Source: Haliotis cracherodii (Eukaryota). Taken from it: a stretch of DNA of 64,000 nt. Shown in pieces: positions 36,401 through 46,500 of the stretch. The stretch is taken from assembly GCF_022045235.1 (NCBI RefSeq), contig NW_027266285.1, positions 3,968,001-4,032,000 of the forward strand, given 5' to 3'. The translations under genes were made by a program, and so were the position numbers. The stretch's first letter is position 1; each line of letters starts with the position of its first letter. The notes beneath the pieces were generated by a model, which was not told where the DNA came from, did not search any database, and saw nothing but the letters and a program-made list of their open reading frames with translations.

Positions 36401-39400
36401 GGGACAAGATTGTCCAGGTACTGCCTCAGGTGGCTGTGCCCATGCCCCAGTCGGATCCGACTGAGTTCCGCCTTCTGGGGGACGCTTTTGCTCTGAGCAA
36501 GGCACCCCAGGTGCGGCTCCGTATTCTGTCCTCACTGGTGCATGAAGTCATCAACCCTCTGTTGTCGGGTGCCCGCAGGAAGTTCGACCTGCCCGAACTT
36601 ATTAAGCGGTACCCGTTAGCAGAGGATGGTGACTTTGAGGTACCGGTGGTGGACGAATGCGTCTGGACCTCCGTTACCCTTGGGGGGTCTTCGACCCCCA
36701 ACTTGGCTAAGGTCAAGCTGGGCCGGCGGTTGCCACCCTTTCCAAGGTGTGGTGCGGAGCTGAAGGCTGCTTACGTTTGTTTCGAGGAGCAATATCGTAA
36801 TGCATGTCAGCAGCTCTGTGTGTCCGTACACTCCGCATATCTGTCAGCCATACAGATGGAGTTAGCGGGAGAGGGTCCGGCCGACTCTTCGGAGTTGGCC
36901 ACGGAACTTACGTAGGTCCATAGTCATCTTGCGAGGGACGCTATCCATAGCTGTGCCTCGCAGATGATGTGCACAGTCATGGGCATGCGCAGGCTGTGGA
37001 TGTCGGTATCCAAATACTCGGCTTCCACACGCAGGGATCTACTTGCTTTGCCATATAAGATGGGTGCCACCCTCTTCCCTGGGGCTCAGCAGGTGGTCGA
37101 GAGGCAGCACAGTTGTATGCCTCCATCAAGGATTCTAAGGATTCTAAGGATTCAAGGATTAAATCGCGTAAGCGGACCTCTCCACTTGACTCCTCCTACG
37201 CTGATGCGCCGGGTCAGGTCACATCCTTCAGGTAAGGGCGCCGGGAGGAGCAAGAGAGGCAGGGGCCGGGGCAAGACAGCTGGTCGAGGCCAGCAGCCTT
37301 TTCGCGGGGCCGGGAACCCCCATTAGCGCCCGAAGTGCCCCAGACGGACCCACGGTTGCATGTTATCGGACTGCCGACAGCCGGGGTCCACTGCCTCAAG
37401 CCGGATGTCCCCGTAGGCGGCCGACTGGCTCTATTCCTGAAGGAATGGGAGACAGTCACATCCAATCCCTGGACCCTGTCCACTCTAAGGGATGGCCATA
37501 TGCCTCGGTGGAAACATCATCCGCCCCCCTTCTCCGGGATAAAGCACACTCCGGTGCCTGCTACTTGAGAGAAGGCGGAATTCCTCCGTGCCGAGGTCGA
37601 CGCACTTCTTATGAAGGCTGCGATCGAACCGGTTCCCGTGGGACAGGAAAGCGAGGGCTTCTACTCGACATATTTCCTAGTTACCCAAAAAGATGGAGGG
37701 TTCAGGCCTATTCTCAATCTGAGAAGGCTGAACAAACTTATAGAGGTACCGTCCTTCAGGATGGAGACACTGCGCTCGGTGATCTCAGTTGTCGAGACAG
37801 CAGAATGGCTAACGTCAATAGACCTAAAAGACGCCTATCTCCACGTACCCATACACCCCGAGTTCAAGAAATACCTGAGGTTTTCTTTCGACGGGAGGTG
37901 TTATCAGTTCAGGGTTCTACCATTCGGGATCTCCACGGCCCCGAGGGTGTTCACCAAGCTGATGTTGATTCCCGCCCAAGTGGCCAGGTGAAAAGATCGG
38001 TTCTGCCATCCTCACCTCGACGACTGGTTACTAAGAGCTCTATCGCAATCCCTGAGTCAGATAGCTACACAAGACGTGATAGACATTCTGATCACTCTAG
38101 GGTGGATAGTCAATCTCAAGAAGTCAGATCTGAGCCTTACTCAGAATCTAGTCTTCCTAGGGGCGAATTTCAACACGGTGAGTGGACTTGTATCTCTGTC
38201 ACCAGTGTCAGAAGTGTTACTTCCCAGTTCCTTCTGTCCGCATGTCACACTGCTCGTACATGGCTCCAGTTACTGGGCAACATGGCGGCGACAGTGGATG
38301 TGGTTTGGCGGGCGTGCTTGAGAATGAGACCCATTCAACAAGCGCTCCGTCGACTTTGGGTGAACTCAGAAGATCTCGAGACTGTTCTCGAGACTCCGCA
38401 AGGGCTCAATGCACACCTGCAGTGGTGGACTGAGGTCAGGAATCTGTCCCGGGGGCTCCCCCTCGACACTCCCGTTCCGTCTCTCACAGTTCACTCTCCG
38501 GCTGGGGAGGCGTTCTGAACGATCACACTGCCTCGGGACTATGGTCCCAGCAGGAGATCAAACTGCATATCAATGTGCTAGAACTGAGAGCGGTCAGGTT
38601 GGTGTTCAAACGCTTCCTGGATCTGCTTCGTGGCCAAGTGGTGTGTCTAGAGATGGACAACCAAATGGCGATGACTTACATCCGGAAGCAGGGGGGAATG
38701 GTGTCTCCATCGCTTCTCCAAAAGTCGTGGCAGTTCCTCCTATGGTGCGACTCACACGTTATCAGGGTGCTACCTGTTTATCTTCCGGGGGTGGACAACG
38801 TCCGTGCAGATGCTCTGTCTCGCCGGATCCTCGCTCCTCACGAGTGGAGGCTCGACCCGGGGATATTTGGGATTATCTCCTAGTTATAAGTGTCGTTCCA
38901 GGTGGATCTGTTTGCGTCTGGGGTGAATCACCAGACACCAACGTTCTGCTCCCGAGTCTCCGACCCGAGGTTGGTGGCACCGGACGCCTTCCAGCTAGAT
39001 TGTACGGACAGAATTCTGTGGTCATTCCCCCCAGTACCTCTGATTTCCAAGGTCCTGTCTCGGCTAGCCACTCAGCCTGCACGACTACTTGTGCTCCTGG
39101 CACCCCTTTGGTCGGCACAGAGTTAGTTTCCAGTAATACTCAGGTTTCTGGCTCAGCCTCCTGTTCTATTACCTTTACGACCGGACCTCCTATCCCAGAA
39201 CGAGGCCCACAACCAGAATCCCAGGATTCTGTGGGTGGCTTGGCCACTGTCCGGAATCGCCTCCAGAAGAGCGGTATTCCTGCACGAGTTGCAGACACAA
39301 TACTGGCTTCGCGGAGGGATTCGACAAACGTTCAGTACGAGGATAGATGGGCCTGCTATGCACGCTGGTGTGCCGATAGAGGGATTGCAGATCCCTTTTC

Positions 39401-40522
39401 TGCAGATCTCGTAGCCGTGCTTGAGTTCCTCCAGTCGTGACTAGATGACGGCCTGGCCGCATCGACAGTCCGGGGGTACTCTACAGCTATCGCAGCCTTT
39501 CACGTCCCTGTCGACGGGGCACTTCTGGGTGCGCACCCATTAGTGCAGGGCTTTTTAGCAGATGTTGACAGGATCCGACCGCCTGTCCAGCGGATCAGTC
39601 CCCCTTGGGACTTATCAATTGTTCTTGATTGGCTGTCCGGTCCTTCCTTTCGGGATATGTCGTCTCTCTCTTCAGCTGTTGAGCTGGAAGACGTCGTTCC
39701 TTGTGGCTGTAATGTCCGGCAGACGGGTAGGCGCCATTCACGCAATGTCAGCCGATCCCGAACTAACTGTCTTTCACCGGGACAGGGTCAGTATTCGCCT
39801 GCTGGACTCTTACCGTCCTAAGGTGGCACACGCCTTCCAAGGGACAGCTCCAATTGAGCTACCTGCTCTTTCACAGCCTTCCTTGTGACACTACAAGACA
39901 CGCTCATGTCTTGGATGTCCGCAGGACCCTCAAGTCCTATATCAACAGAACTAAGGGTATCCATAAGGATAATCAACTATTTTGCTGTTATGGCGGTAGG
40001 AAGGCTGGCTCACCTGCGAGCAAACAAACTATCTCCAGGTGGATAGTCTCTACTATATGTACTGCGTACACCCTTCAAGGCAGGGACCCCCCCCTACCAA
40101 GTTGAAGGCTCATTCGGTTTGAGCAGTGGCTATGACACAAGCGTACGCCGTGGCTCTGCCCATTGAGGAGATCTGCTTCGTGGCTATTTGGAGCCAGCCG
40201 AGCACGTTCATCAAACATTACCAACTCGACAAACACTCAAGCGAGCATGCTCGGTTTGGTCAGTCAGTTCTCCGAACTGGGCAAAGTTCTGCATCTCTAG
40301 CCGATTGAGCCTTCGAGATTTTAGACCGCCCGGACCGGTTATAAAACTGCTCAGTAACGGTCCGGATTATATCTTCTACGGTCGATAACAATACCACCCA
40401 TTACTACTCGATAATCATCGTATTTGCACATGCACTCCTTCGATTCACGGGGACCCTCTGGCCTAGCTCTGCACGGGTTTATAGTCCCTCGTGATCTGCG
40501 CCCCCATATCACTTGTTCAAAA

Positions 40523-40565
<43 letters not shown>

Positions 40566-43500
40566 TCGAGTTCTCAATATGATAAGCCAGAAAGAATGGC
40601 TCTTTTCATTGTGTATGGTTGACCACGCCCTGTCTCCAGCCCCCGCCTTTCGACGGTGGTGACTCACGATAAGGTTGGTTCCATTTATTGAACTCTTGTT
40701 TATTCATTGAAATAATCAAAATACGATGTATTTGTGCACGATTGTTGCTGACGGATGCCACTTCCTAGATTATCTTTAAGAGTCTATCTTGATGCAATAA
40801 GTGCCCCAAGGAGGATTTAATCTGAAAGAGAATTTTACAAACCTGTAGAGGTTATGAATTCTCTGATGAAATCCTCCTTGGGGCAAGGCCACCCGCCTCC
40901 CCACATTCCGTCAGCATTAGACATATGGAAAGTGATTTGGGTGAGAGTTGCTTCCCTTGGCGTGACGCGCCATGGAGGGTGAGGCACCATAAAGGTGGAC
41001 GTATATCATACAAAAACGAAGTTTTTTGTGTGGTAACATTTTTTATTAAGGAAAATGGTTACAACTATGTCATGTAGATTTTCTTGAGCCAGGAAATTGC
41101 AATAAGTCCCCGAAGGAGGATTTCATCAGAGAATTCATAACCTCTACAGGTTTGTAAAAATTTATGACCCACCAAGAAAACAATATTTATCTTTGCTTTA
41201 GCCATGGCTGCACTGGTGAGCGAGCTACATGCGATGGACATCACCCACATACGCTTTGAGCATGGGACGCATGGAGCGGGACATCTCGGATTGTGCTGGG
41301 ATTTTATAGCAAAAAATCAACTACCAGGCCAACCCGATTGTTCCTTTACCATCCCACCAATATCAACTATTGTGGTAGCCCAAGATGAGGGTGAACTTCT
41401 CTTGTGCCCGGTGTGAGCACTTCGAGTTTTCATCCACCGCTCCAAGACTAGGTGTGGTTCAAGGAAGTGGTTATTTATACCCAAGTCTCCTATGTTCAGG
41501 ACTGAAGTTAGTCGCAACACCATGTCCCTATGGTTATGCGCAGTTATCCTTCAGGCTGGATCGCCAAACTTGATCCCCCGAGAGCCTAAATAACCCTCAT
41601 GAGATCAGGATGCTAGCTTCTACCATGGCTTTACAGAGCAACTGTTCTATTAGAACAATCATGAAAGGAAGTTTTTGGCGGTTCGACACAGTTTTCGTTA
41701 GTCATTATCTTCGCAATGTGGCTTTTGAGGACATTGAAGGTGAGCAAAGTTTTGGCCCTCTTGTTGTAGCCCAGCAGGTTACCAACCCCCGACGCTAATA
41801 ATGAACTCGTCCTATACAGAGCCAGCCTACTTCCATGTGCAGTCGCTCAGTTTCCGCCAGTGGACGAATATTAGATAATCTTGTTTGTCAATGCCAGCTC
41901 TATGACATAGTAAGTAAAGAATTAGCTGATTAGCTATTATTTTCTTTATTACTAAATGTGTATAGGTAACTACTGTTTAATTCTTATGTTCAATCTGTTT
42001 GATATTTGAACAACCCTACAAATCTTCATTTCTTCACCCAAGACCATCGCCGTTGTGCTGTCTTCTTGTTGTCGTAAGGTAAGCAGTGAATGCATTAAGG
42101 AGTAATGCAGGATAAGTATACAAATGTAAAAAAAATTAGATTTTACTAAAATTCTATAGATTCAGTTGTCAGGGGAGAAAGGCAATACTTATGTGCTTCC
42201 TTTGTTTCACTTTGTTTTGATTAACTTCAGATTCAATAGACACTCTTTTTGTTTGACATGTAATGAGATATAATGGTGACTCATGAACTAAGACAAGACT
42301 ATACTGTTTGTGCTGCAGGTCCAGATGCCAACATTGAAATGTTTCGCTGTTCTGTGTCACCAGAATGATGCTGTGTCACAGGCTGTGGCTTCAGGTGTGT
42401 GAGGGATGCAGCCAGTACCTCTGCTTGTCATGAAACTCATGTCGCATCTAGTTTTCATCAAAATTTTCTTCTTTTGTTCAAACCTGTCTTGTGTCTGCAA
42501 ACCATCTAGAAGTTTTTCATACACTGAATTGAAGTCACATCAGGGGATTTGTAGTCATCATCTCCACTCTGTCAGCAATGTATGTAGAAAGTCATCCTTA
42601 GAATTATTATCTTCAGCCACCTACAATGGGGACCCAATCCCCAAACTTCTCATCCACCTGCTGGCCAGAGACAAGACATCTGAGATGCAGATGGCAGCTG
42701 CTAAGTGTATGACATACCTGTATCGGGGTAGCGCCATCGAGGCCAGCAACACTATCATCACACTGAAGGTACCCTCCAGAGCTTCATGCAAGGAGTGAAT
42801 TCTTTTTCCTATTAGCAGTACATGTATATGGGTGTTACTCTATGGTCATTGCTCTTATATGGTTGTGATGATGAGGGTTTGTCAGGATGTAGGTTATCTT
42901 AGTTTGAATGTGTTATGTCTGATGTAGCAACACCATGGCAATGAGTCTTGCTGTAGACTTGAATTGGGGCAAAATATTTCTTATAATTTCAGACACTTCC
43001 AACTTTGGTCCGTATGTGCAAGAAAGATCGTACATTAGAGGAGAATGTGGAAGGAGCAGAGAACTTGGCATACCTGATTGAGGTAGACCCCGAGCTCCAG
43101 CGACTGGCATCAATCTCGGATCATGTGATAAAAACACTAGCTGACTACCTCAAGTATGGCGATGTGCAGCAGATCGGGTCTCGCACCCAGAGGAAGGTTA
43201 GCAACATGGTGATAATGCTGTAAAACTTCCATAGTAAGCTGGAGGACAAAAACTAACATAATCAGAAACACAGATTCAGATTAGAAACATGGCCAGTGGT
43301 CCGTGACATAAGGTTTCCTAATGTCGGCTGTGTTTCATGGTATGAAGGATCTCGTTGGTCAGCCTGTGACATGGGATCACTACAGAGCCGCGTCCCCCAT
43401 ACATCACCTTTGTTGTGAGGGGTAGAGAACTTGGTAAAGCATTAGCTCAGCACATTGAAGGAACAAATGGGTTGGATTCCCCACATATGTGAAGTCACTC

Positions 43501-46500
43501 CTTTCCCTTGCATTGTCGACCATTTGATTGAAAACCCTAAAAATTTCCAACATATTACTCATACTGAACATTACGATTATCACTCCAGAAGCTAACCACC
43601 AATGAAACCTAAAATCTGTAAATAGGGAATTGTCCTACAGTCCCTTAAACATTATGTTTTTCTATTTCACATCAAATTATAGCCCCCGGTTAGAGCTTGC
43701 CACTTTTGATTTAGTCGAGAACAGAGTAGTTAAATTATTTCTTATTTTGACACAACATGTTCCAATTTCTTTCTCTTTGATCATGTGACACAGAACACAA
43801 AATGTGCCTCTTCTACACATGCAGGGCACCTGTTGCTCTTGGTTACCAATTTGTTCTTGATCCTTCAGTTTCCTATTCATCGCACAAGAGGATGCACATG
43901 TGCTTGCTTTTGTGGAATTATATCCTTAATAACGGTCATACTATACATTCTTGATGAAAAAAACTTTGCAATTTCTCGGAACCTTTCTCGGAAGTTAATA
44001 CATCATATTCTGTGGCAAATATACTTCACATTACTCGTGTGGGTGATAGGAAGGTTTTCCCGCCAAAGTCTTTCTATTTGTTGTGTGATTTTATCACATT
44101 TATTGTTTGTAACTAGTTTCTTTCATTTTGTGATGTTTATGCACACTTAAAAAATAATTCATTATATGTTTACAGCATGGCAGATATGTGAGTACTTCTC
44201 TATGCAGGCATTTGCTTTTCTTAGTTGACAATTACTGGAACGCAAGTCAAGAAGGGATCCCCAAATTGACTTTCCTGATTGCAGGGAATCTAACAGCAGC
44301 TTAGATTCTGGATGTTGGGAGTGTAATATGTTGTATCTTTAGAGCAGGTTGAGGCCTGTCTTTAGCGTAGCAGGAAGACTCAGCAGGCGTTGAGTTAGAT
44401 AGGTAGGAGAGTTAACTCGTGTTATCACCTCCATCATCACCACTTCTTCTATCTTGACTAAGGTAGCTTGGGCAGTGAACACCATGATGACTACATTTCT
44501 GTTTGGTGCAGTCCTGCTCAGGCTGTCTACTCATGGATGTGCACACAGGAATGACACTGAAATGTCCTATGACAGCTATTATTTGACTGCCTACTGCAAA
44601 AGGGTGGATGCCAGTAGGCAATGCCTCAGTTCATCACAGACTACTTGCTATTTCTACGACCAGCCAAGAGGTTACAGGGTGGAGCAATGGGTACTTAAGT
44701 TGCTGCCATCAACCCGGTCCTAGCAGCTCCTGGGTCCAGCACAGTGCCAGAGTTAACAGCCATGCAGTGGAGCTTTAGATTTGATGGGGCATGTCAAAGG
44801 TGCTGCAATTCTCTGTGCAGGGTTGCGTCCCTTGGGCATGCCAGAAATGTATGATCGTCGGTTTGAATCCCGGTTAGCTTTGATTATTGTTCTTGGTTTG
44901 TCATCACAATATTCATGCTTGTGGGATTTCTGGGCTCTTGCTGTCACATATCAGAAGCTGCACATGTATTTGACCCTGAGGCATAGCTTTGCATGCATGT
45001 TACAGTAAGGATGTGACAGGTGATTAGTGAAGAGGGTGCTTGCTGAGCAATCTGGCTCTTGTTACCAATACTGCAATGTGCAGAACCCACATTTAATTGT
45101 TTTGTCAGGATAATAAATAATTAACATGAATCTGGATATTCTTGATATTAGTATACTTATCCTGACACTACATAAAAGGTCTCAGGCATGCCCTCCCATC
45201 TCCTGTCTGGACATCAAGCTATGTGCTGATGAGAAGGAAGTGAGGAATCAAGGAAAGATAACTCTGATTGGTATCCAAGGGCAAGGGGCATCTCGGATGT
45301 AGTAGTGACACATTGTGGGTTCTGTGTTATATGATTGATGAGAAGAGGAATTAACAATATGTTGCACCAGAAACTTCTCCTACTAATATAATGAATGTCC
45401 ATTTTTTAGGATATTGACTGGGGGAATGAAATGAGACAGGCTGCATTCAAAGCCTTTGCCTCTCTAGGTGCCAATGATGAAGACATCCGCAAGAAGGTAG
45501 TAAAATGTTTCTTTAAGGAAGTTTTAATGAGTGTCTAAGTGTAGGTCCCCAGCAACCCATGCTGTTCATTGGAGGGGACTAAATCCTTCAGGTGGTCAGG
45601 CTTGCTGACTTCTTTGACTGCATGTCATTGTACTCCCAACAACATGGATTGTTGATCATAAAATCAATCACTGGATTGTCTGGTCCAGAATGAATTATTT
45701 ACAGGCTGCCATCATACAGCTGGAACAGTGCTGAGTGCGGCCTAAGCACACGCAAGCCCACTCGTACACAAGCACACACAGTACCCAAGCATCATGTACT
45801 GGGGCCATATCCCACCATGGAATCTCATTATCAAAGAACTGATATCACTTAGTGTAAGGAAGCCCCTAACGTAAGTTATCTTCTGTTATTTCTAGACTAG
45901 AATAACTGCTATTCAAGTAACCATATTGACTTCTGCCAGGTGATTGCCACTGAGAATCTGATGGACCACATTGTGGTCGCCATCAACAGCACCAACATGA
46001 AGGTTCAGATCGCTGCCACCAGATGTCTCCACAGTCTGTCACGCTCTGTACAACAGCTCAGGACAACATTCCAGGACCATGCAGTGTGGAAGCCCTTGCT
46101 CAAGGTGAGAACATGCTGACCTGGTCAAGCCTCTCTGGCTTTGTGTCTAATGTTATGGGGAGCACACATTTCTGAACTGATAATTATAAGCTTACAGATA
46201 TTCTTTATGTCTGTGTTATCACTGAGGTTTAAACCTGTGTTCAGACTTGCAGTGGTTGGAAGCATCTCAAATGTGGTGTGTGTGTGGAATGTTGCAGATT
46301 TAAAGTTGCATTCAGACCTGCAGTGGTTAGAAGTATCTCAGATGTGATATGTGTGGAATGTTGCAGATTTAAAGTTGCATTCAGACCTGCAGTGGTTAGA
46401 AGTATCTCAGATGTGATATGTGTGGAATGTTGCAGATTTAAAGTTGCATTCAGACCTGCAGTGGTTAGAAGCATCTCAGATGTGATATGTGTGGAATGTT

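Larger units (their letters stand above)
28407..41162 (+). mobile_element. Inner DIRS1-type retrotransposon, young, complete termini (lITR, ICR, rITR plus extension), internally amplified, coding-defective
   Basis: lITR 28407-28625; rITR 40920-41162; ICR 40793-40884 complementary to both ends; ATT at both junctions. Contains gag-like ORF, RT ([52 protein letters not shown]), RNase H ([13 protein letters not shown]), Dam-like MT (VDLFAS..DAF..FPPVPLI) and YR (SGRRVG, HS, HY). Confidence 0.95.
25309..42160 (+). mobile_element. Outer DIRS1-type retrotransposon (old, degenerate), interrupted by a SINE and by the inner DIRS
   Basis: Inverted terminal repeats 25309-25418 and 42021-42130. Degenerate RT (LPFGISVA...ESYVDHCLL), RNase H (VDASLQRW...HINNLEL), MT ([13 protein letters not shown]). 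The YR is split between 27830-28406 and 41163-41800. Confidence 0.9.

Noticed and set aside
29402-38661. Four independent DIRS insertions, or a pure assembly error
   Set aside because: Units lack their own ITRs and share one internal junction. Unit-specific indels and a SNP argue against a simple assembly duplication, though long reads are needed to exclude it.
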